NCBI GenBank assembly: GCA_030390025.1
Contig: CM059446.1
Location: 29,884,001-29,948,000 of the forward strand
Origin: Squalus acanthias
Lineage: Eukaryota
Reading direction: 5' to 3'
Length of the DNA: 64,000 nt
Shown: positions 26,151 to 37,826 of the stretch, one piece after another
Layout: the number at the start of each line of letters is the position of its first letter
Position numbering within the stretch: the stretch's first letter is position 1
The notes under the pieces: generated by a model
Seen by the model: only the letters and a program-made list of their open reading frames with translations
Databases searched by the model: none
Told to the model about the DNA's origin: nothing
Position numbers and translations under genes: made by a program

Positions 26151-27559
26151 ATCCATGGCCTGGCAAACGGGCTGGACCCCACAGAAACCGTACCATTTGA
26201 AAGAAACCTCTTGATCAGCCCCTTACCCAGGGGCTGAAGGGAACACGGCTGAAACCTGAGCGACGCCCCAGTGATGGGCAGGCGCTGGATTCTCTGGGGC
26301 TGAATGGGGCAGGTGGGCACTGCAGATGTGCCCGCAGTGGTGCTTGTGCCTGTCCCATGCACATTAGGTACCGTCCCCCTGACTCGGCAAACTCCAGAGG
26401 GGTCTAGCGCTGGTGGGTGTAACCTTGTGGATTGCGTCCCAAGGATTTTTTGCGGGACAGCTTGACGTAAGAAAACTACTAGGCACTTGGTCTGAGTATT
26501 AAACAAGGCTTTAATCAACTGTTTTTCAACATGGAGATCTAGTTGTGTCCTTCACTAGTTCCTGTTAAAGAATGTCCCGAGCTAGCTGGGCCCATGCCCG
26601 AGTATTTATACTCTCCCTGGACAGCGCTACCAGCAGGCCGCCCAGTATTATTTCATAAATCATTTCCACATGAATGACAAAATTCATGTCACAGCTTACA
26701 GTTACTCTAGAACAATATACTCTACCAAAGAGCTGGCACAGGGACAATGGACCGAATGGCCTCCTTCTGTGCTGTATCATTCTATGATTCTATGGAAACG
26801 GAAAAATGGGGATCCAGGTTTGATAGGGAGGTCCATGGGAAGCAGCAATGGGGAGCTGTGCAGTAAGGGTATCCAACCTGTCGGCCTGACCCTTGGCATT
26901 CTGGCCTTTGAACAACATAGTTGTATATACTTACATTTAATATTCACTATGTCTTCCTGTTTGAATTTCATGGGCCTGGCCATTGGAAAAGGGCCAATCT
27001 TAGTGCTGTTGCCACAAACCATAAACCAGAACCAGATCTGTTAGTGTCAGCAACTTGAGATATCGGCAAATTAACAGATTTAAACTTAAATGTGGCCGCT
27101 GAGGTTCCATGGACCAGTCCCATGTGGCCACCCCTGCTGTATTAGACACAAAGACGCCTGATTCAGTGCAAGAAGGGACCACAACAGAAACACGGGGCTA
27201 GCAGAATGACTCACTCTCAGGAAACATACAGGAAATACTTCACATTACACAATATAAGGAGAGGTCTTCATGATGAATTATTTTCTTGAGATTAGTGCCC
27301 CTTAGTCTACCTTTACAGTGAAGCTGACCAGCAGGGAGCTCAACAATAAGCAGAAGAGGCTCTTTGCTGTGTTTAATATAAAGGGGGAAAAGGAGCCTCC
27401 TCCACTGGGAGTGTCCAGTTGGAAAATTATTCCTGACCAGCTTATAATATATCTAGAGCTAACACATCCCACTCATTGCTTGAACACGTCTGCAGAGCTC
27501 TTTAATTCCTTCAGCTTTGTTTTCTGGACCAGTCCTTCCTTCAGCCTTTAGGTCTCAGC

Positions 27560-27995
27560 ATTCTCAGTGGGGCGCACTCTCTCTCGCCTCTGAGTCAGAA
27601 CGTCGTGGGTTCGAGCCCCAATCCAGAGACTGGAGCACAAACTCCAGGCTGACACTCCAGTGCAGTACTGAGGGAGTGCTGCACTGTCAGAGGAGCCATA
27701 ATTCGGATGAGACGTTAAACCGAGGCCCCGTCTGACCTCTCAGGTGGAGCTAAAGGATCCCATTGCACTATTTGAAGAAGAGCAGGAGCGTTATCCCCAG
27801 TGTCCTGGGCCAATATTCATCCCTGAATCCACATCAATACAACAGATTATCTTGTCAATATCACATTGCTGTTTGTGGGCGCTTGCTGTGTGCAAATTGG
27901 GTGTTGTGTTTCCTGCATTACAACAGTGACTACACTCCAAAAGTACTTCATTGGCTGTAAAGTGCTTTGGGACGTCCTGATGTCGTGAAAGGCTT
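27560..27995 (+). mobile_element. tRNA-derived Deu-domain SINE (SacSINE1/AmnSINE-like), full length
   Basis: tRNA-like head with GGGTTCGAGCCC, core GAGGGAGTGCTGCACTGTC...GGATGAGACGTTAAACCGAGGCCCC, L2-like tail. Confidence 0.8.
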
Positions 27996-28044
27996 TCTTT
28001 CGATCTAGTATCAATACACAAAACATGTTATGGATTTATACAGT

Positions 28045-28535
28045 ACAGGGAATGAGAGAGGGAGAGGAAAAGAGATAGGGAGTGAGAGAGAGGGAAAGAG
28101 ATAGGGAGTGAGAGAGAGGGAGAGGGAAGGAGACGGAGTGAGAGAGAGGGAGGGAAGGAGATAGGGAGTGAGAGAGAGGGAGAGGGAAGGAGACAGGGAG
28201 TGAGAGAGAGGGAGAGGGAAGGAGACAGGGAGTGAGAGAGAGGGAGGGAAGGAGATAGGGATTGAGAGAGAGGGAGAGGGCATGAGACACGAAGTGAGAG
28301 AGAGGGAGAGGGAAGGTGACAGGGAGTGAGAGAAGGTGGAATGTGAGATGGATGGTGAATGAGAAAGGGAAGGAATAAAAAAGGGAGGATGAATGAGAGG
28401 GAGGTGAAATGAGCATGGGAGATAGGGAATGAATGAAAGACAGAATGAGAGAGAAAAGAAAGAGGATGAAAGAGAAATGAATGAGCTGGGGAGAGAGGAA
28501 GGCAACGAACGAGACATGAAAAGGAGAGGGAGGGA
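28045..28535. repeat. Polypurine GA-rich low-complexity tract with an approximately 32-bp repeat
   Basis: GAGATAGGGAGTGAGAGAGAGGGAGAGGGAAG units directly visible. Confidence 0.9.
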
Positions 28536-28639
28536 GTCTCTAACAGAGTATAACTCAGATATTGAGACAATGGCAACAAAGAGTTCCAGCAGTCACACTG
28601 GGGCGAGGCACTAGTCGCAGTCACACTGAGAGTATCAGT

Positions 28640-29115
28640 CCGCTCTCAGGCTTATTCCTCGATTGGTCATTCCCAGTGAGGGGCGGGTCCTCACAGAGCC
28701 TCGATTTTAAGCCCCCCCAGATCCCCCGATGGGTGGGAGAGGGGGTGAGGGGTTTTAAAATACCAGCATCGGGCAACACGGCCCCATTCCCGCCCTTTAA
28801 ATTTTAAAGGGCAGGAATCAGGCCCAGGACGAGGCTCCCGCAAACAGCAGGCGGGCCTGATGAAATTATCGGCATCGCGCCTGAAGTGTAATAGTCAGCG
28901 AGGGGGAGGCCCGAGCTGCGGGATTCCCGGCAGATGATCGGAGTCGGGGGCTGGGGACTCCCCCAGGTAAGTGGCTCTTTCAGCACTCCCTGTGGGCCAG
29001 GAGCAGCGGATCCGCGCCCTTTAGGCCCCTCAAGGAAGCCATTAAGATCGGCAGGTCCTCCACCTTGCCGGGTTCTTCGGCCAATTCCGGCCTCCTCCCA
29101 GTAAATATTTGGGCC
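28640..29115. mobile_element. GC-rich non-autonomous DNA transposon relic (probable Harbinger-type MITE)
   Basis: Composition and terminal AAATATTTGGGCC resemble the better-defined MITEs in this window; ends uncertain. Confidence 0.3.
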
Positions 29116-30634
29116 AAACCTCGAGTTCTCATTATTTACATCAACAGACAACAGATCTCGGTTTGCCGGCCTGTGATTTTTTGTTTTGCCAGCCCTCCCT
29201 GGGAGTGTTGCAGCTCACCGGCACTCCCGAATGGACAAGCCGCTCTCGCATTAAAAGCTTTGTCAGTACAGAACTTATTTTCTGAGCTTTTAAAAAGGTG
29301 GGGCGTCCCCAGTCCAGAAAATGAGAAAGGAAAGCATTTCAGGGCAAACCGAGGTAGGACAGTCGCGCTTCAAGGAATTCCTGGCTCGGAATTGGGAAAA
29401 ATTCAACCTGGCTTGTTCCTACTTTGAAAGCCAGTTCAGGACACTAGCCCAGCGTTCCCTATCAATCCTCCTGTTCTCCAGCAACCGATCACAACTGGAT
29501 TGTGCAGCTGTGCTGCCTTCTCCCTCCAAAGTTGGCCTCACTTTGCAGGAGCCAATCAGCACTGTCTGCAATTTCTGAGGCTGGATAATTGGACAAGCAC
29601 AGGAATTGCCCGATGACTAGTGCTTGTTGTCAGAACTGTTGGCTTGTCGTGGGTTTATCCCAGGAGAAGGAACAGAAGCAAATCAGTTCCGAAGAACTGT
29701 TCAACCAGTCAGCACGCACTAAAATTGAACGTTTTCCAGGTCTGCAGCTGCCTCTTGCGTTCTTCCAGATAAATGAAGAGAGATTTCTGGTTAAAAAAAA
29801 CATTAAGTCTATCAGCATCACCAGCATGGACAGTTAAGCTTCCATTTACTTGGTTTTGTGGGCGCAAATGATAGTCACCACAGATATTCCAGCCCACAAG
29901 CAAACAGATGTTCCAGCTGGGAAAGAAAATGCAAACCCACATTTGTCGCAGACGTGAATTCTCGTCCCAACCCCACACAATGATGAAGCCAGTGCTTGGG
30001 GTTTGAGTGGGGACGCAACCTGCCCATATCAGGGTGGGTGGGGAGATCCTGGCAACGGTCCTTTATCTTTCAGCCACTGATTCCTGGACATGCTTAAGGC
30101 ACAGCTAACTGCAGCAATTTGTTTATTTAAACAAGAAGCAAAAATGGAATGAACTGTTGTTCGATTGGGATAAAAGTCCAGCAAATGGGCTCTTTTCCAG
30201 AGTTGAATTTTTCATCTCCTTTCCTCTGACAAGGAAATCAAACAATGACTGTTAAGAACAATGACCGTTAAAAAGGCATTTTCTCCCTGGATGGAGAGAA
30301 GATGCACACTGGCACGCCAGGACTTCCTCGTCCCCATAGTCACAAGACTGATGTTCAGGGAGATATTGTAGAATTGGACCAGAACTCTCTTCGCACTCCT
30401 CATTCCTCAGCATGTACAAATGATGACAAGACCCTCACATTGCCCACTAACCATGGCCGTGAGAGGGCTGTCTACCCCGTGTTGCCATGGCCACAGAATT
30501 GCTGGTAGGCTGAACAGAAAGGGGATGAAATTGGATTTTGTTGCGCCCGGTTGCTGAGCAGAAAAGGAGTGCAAAGAGGTCCAATTTCCGGAGTTAACCT
30601 TCCGTGTCTGACCAGTGTTGGACACACACCCAAC

Positions 30635-31148
30635 CCAATATTAGATCGGGCGCTGTAGAGCTATCCCTGGCGGCCGCCTAAAACAGGCATTAGGCCCCTT
30701 AAATATGCTAATAAGGGACCCAACGCCTGTTTTATTCCCAAACAGGAAATTGGTCTGTTCTGAATGTGGCTGGCTGTGGTGATGATTAGCAGGACTACAT
30801 GCAGCCTAACCAACCATTACAGGGACTGCTGGAAACCGCCATCAAAAAGGCGGTTTATTTTTTAAAACATAGAACTGGAGCCAAGAGTGCTCCTCCCGGC
30901 GCCCCATTAAAACCACTGGCCTCTATTGGCCACCGCTTGGACCCCCCCACACGATGGCCCCCCCACCTCTGTGGCCCTCAGCCAGCGTCCTAGCCAGTGG
31001 ATCTTTCTACTCAGACGTAACCAGCGAGCTACCGTTGGGGCTGCCATTGGCTCCCACTGCTCGGCATTACTAAAGTAATGAGGCCGATGGACCGACTTGC
31101 TGTAGACCTGTTGTGGCCCAGTTCAGGTGCGATCCAATTTCTAGCCCC
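30635..31148. mobile_element. Probable MITE relic
   Basis: Ends in CCAATTTCTAGCCC, like other Harbinger-type TIRs here; left end unclear. Confidence 0.3.
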
Positions 31149-32877
31149 TAAAATCTCACTTTATGACCGTGATTTGTCACCATTCCAACAAACTGGCTAC
31201 CCATTATCTTCTGAAGTACCAAGAGATTTGGCCAGCTCTCAGGCTACAAACTACAAAACAGAGGGGCAGCTCCGTGTTCATATGGGAATCTTACCCCTTT
31301 ATGTGATCAGAGATGGGCTTGACTTTCATGTATTCTCTGCACTCTTAGCCCTATAAAGAAGGAATTAGCCCTTTCCCTCTCCAGAGCAATTATTTATGGT
31401 TGGTAGGCAATGTTCCCAATAAGCTGCGTGGCCGTGCAGCGGTCAAGAGGTCCCGCGCAGGCCGCTCAATGGCTTTTAAATGGAAAAAACCGCGCATGCG
31501 CGGAAATTTGAATGGGTCGTGCAGCCCGTTAAAGGGGCCCCGCATCTCCCCCAAAAAATGAGAGGGAACATTGTTAGTAGGGTCTGTAACACTCATCGGA
31601 TGCGCAAACTTCTACCTATTCCTAACTTTTCCTGTCAGGGAAACTTCTGCTCTTTGCTAAAGATCCCACCGTGTTTTTTATTCCTTTCTTCCACCTTAGG
31701 CTACAGATGGCTCCAAAACCTGCTTGCTATAAGTGGATTTGGAACCTGGAATGAGAAGTTCATCACTTGACTACATCAACTGCTCCATGGGAAAGATTCT
31801 GCCCTCCCAGTAAGACAAATTTCACCTTGTCCAACACGAGATGCCTCTCCCAGGACCCGGCGACACTCCACCGCCTCCAGTAATTACCAACCCCTCACCT
31901 GAAAACTGCACCTCCTCAACCCCAGACACATCTCCTGTATCACTGTGACATTACTGAGATTCCACATAAAGACTAAAGGAAGCCTTGGACTGAGAGTGAC
32001 AGAGGCAGGTAACAGCTAAAGAATGGAGGGAAGTTTTGGACTTGAATCATCATAACACTGCATGCAGCAAACTTTGTGACAGTCAACTCAGACACGTAAA
32101 CCAAACACACTGCATCCTGCACAAACTGCACAGGTTCCACTCCTTTCTGACTGAGGAGGCTGAGAGCAGGCGAGCACACTTCTGCACATCTTCTGATGCT
32201 GATCACAACTCCAGATATTCTAGAGATAGTCTAGGATGCCACAAAGGCCAAAAGATCTCCTCAGACCCACTCTTTTGCCTGCTGTGCTGGATCCCAGGGG
32301 ATCAGGACAGGCTGCCCCCAACAACGGTCAGTTCTAACAGCAAGAAGATGCAGTCTCCCGCTATGGTGAAGAACTCTGTCATCAACACCAACATGTGCGC
32401 TCAATATCAGTGGGGTTGTGCATCAGCTAGAATAAATGATATTCGATGTCTGACTAAGGCTGGAAAAATACAAGGCAGTATGGCCCCCTTTCCCAATGGT
32501 CCATACTATACCTACCTCACCAACCCCATGGAGGGGAGGACAGGCAGCTACACTCACTGCACAGACCACAACGATAGTGACCCAATTCAATGGTGTCACC
32601 AGACAAGATAAGGTAACCCCTTTACAACACTTCCCAGTTGCCCTATTTGTCGCCTTCCATTCCCCAGCTTCCCGAACACCCACAACAGAACCTCCTGATC
32701 CTGAAATCTCTAACAACGCTATCCCAGTTTGAGCAACCATGCCATCAGGCTTATTGTATTGGTCTCCTCTTACAAGTGGCTTGTAAGCACATTTCAGAAC
32801 AGCTGTACAAACCAGTAACCCATTGGTTGAGGGAGATTTGTCACATTCCACATGGTTGGGATTTGAAGGTCTTTAAG

Positions 32878-33185
32878 TGTCACCTCAGCTCAGTGGGTAG
32901 CACTCTTAGCTCTGAGTCAGAAGGCCGTGGGTTCAAGCCCCACTCCAGGATATGAGTACATAATCTAGGCTAACACTTCAGTGCAGTACTGTGGGAGTGT
33001 TGCATTGTAGTGAGTGCCATCTTTGAGATGAGGCATTAAGCGGAAGCCCCATTTGCCTGTTCAACTGAATGTTCAGATCCCCAGGCAGTATTTGAAGGAA
33101 ATATCTCCTTCTGTCCTGGCCCTTTACTGCTCCTTCAATCAACACAACCAGAAACAGATTAACTGGCCATTTATCTCATTTACTT
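32878..33185 (+). mobile_element. Deu-domain SINE, diverged
   Basis: GCTCAGTGGGTAGCACTCT...GAGTCAGAAGG...GGGTTCAAGCCC head and diverged core, similar to the 27560 copy. Confidence 0.7.
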
Positions 33186-33189
33186 GATC

Positions 33190-33618
33190 GCTTGATTGGT
33201 GCCCCATTCACCACCTTAAACATTCACTCCCTCCACCACCAGCGTACCGTGGCTGCAGTGTGTACCATCTACAAGATGCACTGCAGCAACTCGCCAAGGC
33301 TTCTTCGGCAGCACCTCCCAAACTCGCGACCTCTACCACCTAGAAGGACAAGGGCAGCAGGCGCATGGGAACACCACCACCTCCAAGTTCCCCTCCCAAG
33401 TCACACACCATCCTGACTTAGAAATATATCACCGATCCTTCATCGTCGCTGGGTCAAAATCCTGGAACTCCCTTCCTAACAGCACTGTGGGAGTACCTTC
33501 ACCACACGGTTCAAGAAGGCGGCTCACCACCACCTTCTCAAGGGCAATTAGGGATGGGCAATAAATGCTGGCTTTGCCAGCGACGCCCACATCCCAGGAA
33601 CTAATATTTAAAAAAAAT
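33190..33618 (+). mobile_element. LINE family B 3' fragment
   Basis: LNIHSLHHQRTVAAVCTIYKMHCSNSPRLLRQHLP and shared tail ending in an A-run. Confidence 0.85.
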
Positions 33619-33875
33619 TACGCTTTGTGGCTGCATGTTTCTGGATTGTTTTACCATTTTCCATAGAAGGAAGTTGGGAAAAGAGTTACTTTTAATGTTA
33701 GGTTTTTAAAAGCAATGTGTATTCTCACCACTTAATAGAAAAGCAGCTCCCAGACGAAATATGGATAAAATGCTAATTGGAAGAGACAAAACAATAAGCG
33801 ATTTGTTACTTTGTCTGGCTATTCAGGACACCTCTTGCCATTGTGTTCCCTTTGATCTCTGTCTGTCTTGAGAGA

Positions 33876-34074
33876 AGTGAGAAGTCGCACAACACCAGGT
33901 TATAGTCCAACAGCTTTATTTGAAATCACAAGCTTTCGGAGCGCTGCTCCTTCGTCAGGTGAAGTCAGTGCTCCGAAAGCTTGTGATTTCAAATAAAGCT
34001 GTTGGACTATAACCTGGTGTTGTGCGACTTCTCACTTTTGTCCACCCCAGTACAACACCGGCATCTCCACATCA
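33876..34074. mobile_element. Penelope-like element terminal-repeat hairpin with 12-bp TSD
   Basis: Perfect 68-bp inverted arms 33875-33942 / 33970-34037; TGTCTTGAGAGA duplicated at 33864-33875 and 34075-34086; family assignment from recalled fish/shark Penelope terminal sequence. Confidence 0.75.
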
Positions 34075-34224
34075 TGTCTTGAGAGAGGGATAGGCTTTTT
34101 GACAGAGTGAGAGGCTTTCAAGAACAGAACACGAACACCAGGAAAGGCAGTCGGTCTTTTGGAAAACAGGCAGGCGGGCAGGAAAAGGCTACGAAAGACA
34201 GGATGTGGGACCGCAGAGAGAATG

Positions 34225-34452
34225 GCTCTGCTCCCACAAACAGCAATGTGATCATGACCAGATTTGTGGTTCTGGTTGAGGGATAAATATTGGCCAGGTT
34301 ACCAAGGAGAATCTCTCTGTTATTCTTTGAAATAGTAGCATGGAATCTTTAACATCCACCTGCGAGGGCAGACAGGGCCTCGGTTTAAATTCTCTGGAGT
34401 GGGACTTGAACGCACAAAAGGCGAGAGTGCTCTAACAGCCCTGGCTGACACC
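34225..34452 (-). mobile_element. Deu-domain SINE fragment
   Basis: Reverse complement of the head and core (CAGACAGGGCCTCGGTTTAA, GGCTGACACC). Confidence 0.65.
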
Positions 34453-35044
34453 AGGAGTGTGTGAATATAAGCTCTTTCACTGTAACCACACAAAGGAAAA
34501 GCAAGTCAATTAGTCACTGGTGCCTCATTCAGCAGCAGCTGCACCGGTACTGACTGGTATCCCACTGCTACCTGAGAGGATGTCTACCTTCAGACAATGC
34601 GCAGGGATCAGAGAATGAGTGAGCCACTTTCACTGCAAAATAATCGACTGAAATGAACCACCTCATTTATCTCAAACCAAATTGCTACAATCAGAAAATT
34701 GTTGCCCTCTCTCCCTTTAACTGTTAGAAATTGTCTTTGATTTTTCCAAGTTGTAAAATGTTTCCCTGGAGGATGAGAGGAGGCTGTGCTGTTTTACACT
34801 GTGTGCGTGGTCTGAGATTAATGATGACACACCTGCGACATAACACTAGCGTTAGAAATAACTATTTATAAACGGTCTCACAAGGAGCTTCCAGAGTAGG
34901 ATCATACAATTGTAGAACGTTACCGCACAGGAACAGACCATTTGGCCCATCTGATCTGTGCTGGTGTTTCTCTTCATTGAAAAAATTAGAGTGATAAAAC
35001 AATTTGCCAGCAAAGGCTTTCAAAATTATAGCAGAATGCAGATA

Positions 35045-35587
35045 TTCGTTTGTGGGATGTGGGCATCGCTGGCAAGGCCAGCATTTATTGCCCATCCCTA
35101 ATTTCCCTTGAGAAGGTGGTGGTGAGCCGCCTTCTTGAACCGCTGCAGTCCGTGTGGTGAAGGTACTCCCACAGTGCTGTTAGGTAGCGAGTTCCAGGAT
35201 TTTGACCCAGCGACGATGAAGGATCGGTGATATACTTCTAAGTCAGGAGGGTGTGTGACTTGGGAGGGGAACTTGCAGGTGGTGGTGTTCCCATGCGCCT
35301 GCTGCCCTTGTCCATCTAGGTGGAAGAGGTCGCGGGTTTGGGAGGTGCTGCCGAAGAAGCCTTGGCGAGTTGCTGCAGTGCATCTTGTAGATGGTACACA
35401 CTGCAGCCACGGAACGCCGGTGGTGGAGGGAGTGAATGTTTAAGGTGGTGGATGGGGTGCCAATCAAGCGGGCTGCTTTGTCCTTGGATGGTGTTGAGCT
35501 TCTTGAGTGTTGTTGGAGCTGCACTCACCCAGGCAAGTGGAGAGTATTCCATCACACTCCTTACTTGTGCCTTGTAGATGGTGGAAA
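35045..35587 (-). mobile_element. LINE family B 3' fragment
   Basis: MEYSPLAWVSAAPTTLKKL / LNIHSLHHRR remnants and shared tail on the minus strand. Confidence 0.85.
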
Positions 35588-37321
35588 GCGTCTTTCACCA
35601 CCTCAGGATGTCCCAAAGCGCTTTACAGCCAATGAAGTAAATTTTGAAGTGTAGTCACTATTCAAATGTGGGAAACACAGCAGTCAATTTGCGCACAGCA
35701 AGGTCCTACAAACAACAATGTGATATGGCAGCATAGTGGTTATGTTACTGGACGAGTAATCCAGAGGCCGCGACTAATAATCCAGAGACACGAGGTCAAA
35801 TCCATGGCAGTTTGTAAATTTGAATTCAGTTTATTAAATAAATCTAAAATTTAAAAAAATGCTAGCATTTATAATGGTGGCCATGAAGCTATTGGATTAT
35901 TGTAAAAACCCAACTGGTTCTCTAATGTCCTTTAGGGAAGGAACCCTGGTTTGGTCTATATGTGACTCCAGACTCACAGTAATGTGGTTGACTCTTAACT
36001 GTCCTCTGAAATGGCCCAGCAAGCCACTCAGTTGTATCAAACTGCTACCAAAAAAAGTACAATAAGATTAAAACCGGAAGGAACACCCGGCATTGAGCTA
36101 GGCACCAGACACGACAACGGCACACCCAGCCCAGTCGACCCTGCAAAGTCCTCCTCACTAATATCTGGGGACATGTGCCAAAATTGGGAGAGCTGTCCCA
36201 CAGACGAGTGAAGCAACAGCCTGACATAATCATACTCACAGAATCATACCTTTCAGTCAACATCCCAGACTCCTCCATCACCATCCCTGGGTATGTCCTG
36301 TCCCACCGGCAGGACAGACCCATCAGGGGTGGCGGCACAGTGGTATACAGTCAGGAGGGATTGGCCCTGGGAGTCCACAACACTGATTCTGGACCCCATG
36401 AAGTCTCATGGCATCAGGTCAAACATGGGCATGGAAACCTCCTGCTGATTACCACCTACCGCCCTCCCTCAGCTGATGAATCAATACTCCTCCATGTTGA
36501 ACACCACTTGGAAGAAGCATTGAGGGTAGCAAAGTCATAGAATGTACTCTGGGTGAGGGACTTCAATGTCCATCACCACGAGTGGCTCAACAGCACCACT
36601 ACTGACCGAACTGGCTGAGTCCTGAAGGACATAGCTGCCAGACTGGGCTAGAGGCATGTGGTGAGAGAACCAACACGAGGGAAAAACCCACTGCTGGACC
36701 ACTCGGCTCCAGACCTCATTACAGCCTTGGTCCAAACATGGACAAAAGAGCTGAATCCATAGGTGAGGTGAGAGTGACTGCCCTTGACATCAAGGCAGCA
36801 TTTGACTTAGTGTGGCACAAAGGAGCCCTAGTAAAATTGAAGTCAATGGGGATTAGGGGAAAACTCTCCATTGACTGGAGTCATATCTAGCACAAAGGAA
36901 GATGATTGTGGTTGTTGGAGGCCAATCATCTCAGCCCCAGGACATTGCTGCAGGAGTTCCACAGGGCAGTGTGCTAGGCCCAACCATCTTTAGCTGCTTC
37001 ATCATAAAGCCAGAAGTGGAGATGTTCGCTGATAATTGCACAGTGTTCAGTTCCAACTCCTCAGATAATGAAGCAGTCCATGCCCACATTCAGCAAGACT
37101 GGCACAACATCCAGGCTTAGACTGATAAATGGCAAGTAACATTCGTGCCATGCCAGTGCCAGGCAATGACCATCTCCAACAAGAGAGAGTCTAACCCTCT
37201 CCCCTTGACATTCAATGACATTACCATCGTCGAATCCCTCACCATCAACAGGCTAGGGGTCACCAATGACCAGAAACTTAACTGGACCAGCTATGTAAAT
37301 ATTGTGGCTACAAGAGGTTGG

Positions 37322-37812
37322 CGTTGGCATATGGAACTCGGTTAATTCAGCTTCTGAAAGGTGTTCATGTTTAGTTCATTCGATAGGGAAAAATGTGGTT
37401 GGTATCATTGGAGAGAGAGACACGGATTTCACTCAGCAACAGCTGGTGTTTGCAACCAACTGGCCTTGGATATTTTACCACAGCAAGGCCACAAAGTTTT
37501 TGTGTGCTTCCAGCGTTGTTGATGTGTGTTGAAGAAAATGCAGACTTGCGTCTCTGGACTATGCAGGAGCCAGAGATGACCATATTAGGCAATGCCTGCC
37601 CCAGTTTGATAAGAAAAGTGTATAAATGTCAGCCTTTTCCTTTGTTCGAAGAGCACGGGGATATCCATGCCCAGGTACATGTGCTCTATCTGTGACTATA
37701 CTCTGCTTGTAAATTGCTTTTTATGCTGAAGTTAAAGAATAAAATGATTATAACCAGAAGACTGAATTCGTTACTGCTCAAGTGAACAAACAGAACTTTG
37801 TTTAAGACAACA
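37322..37812 (+). repeat. 5' LTR
   Basis: (C)GTTGGCA...AGACAACA; TATAAA at about 37621 and AATAAA at about 37738; near-identical to 44883-45370. Confidence 0.92.
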
Positions 37813-37814
37813 GT

Positions 37815-37826
37815 TGGCGAGCCAGC
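37815..37826 (+). promoter_or_regulatory. Primer binding site complementary to the tRNA-Arg 3' end
   Basis: TGGCGAGCCAGC, 2 nt after the LTR, matches the recalled 3' end of vertebrate tRNA-Arg(ACG) (...GCTGGCTCGCCA). Confidence 0.75.

Noticed and set aside
28011-28624. Ser/Pro/Leu-rich ORFs
   Set aside because: Low-complexity GA tract.
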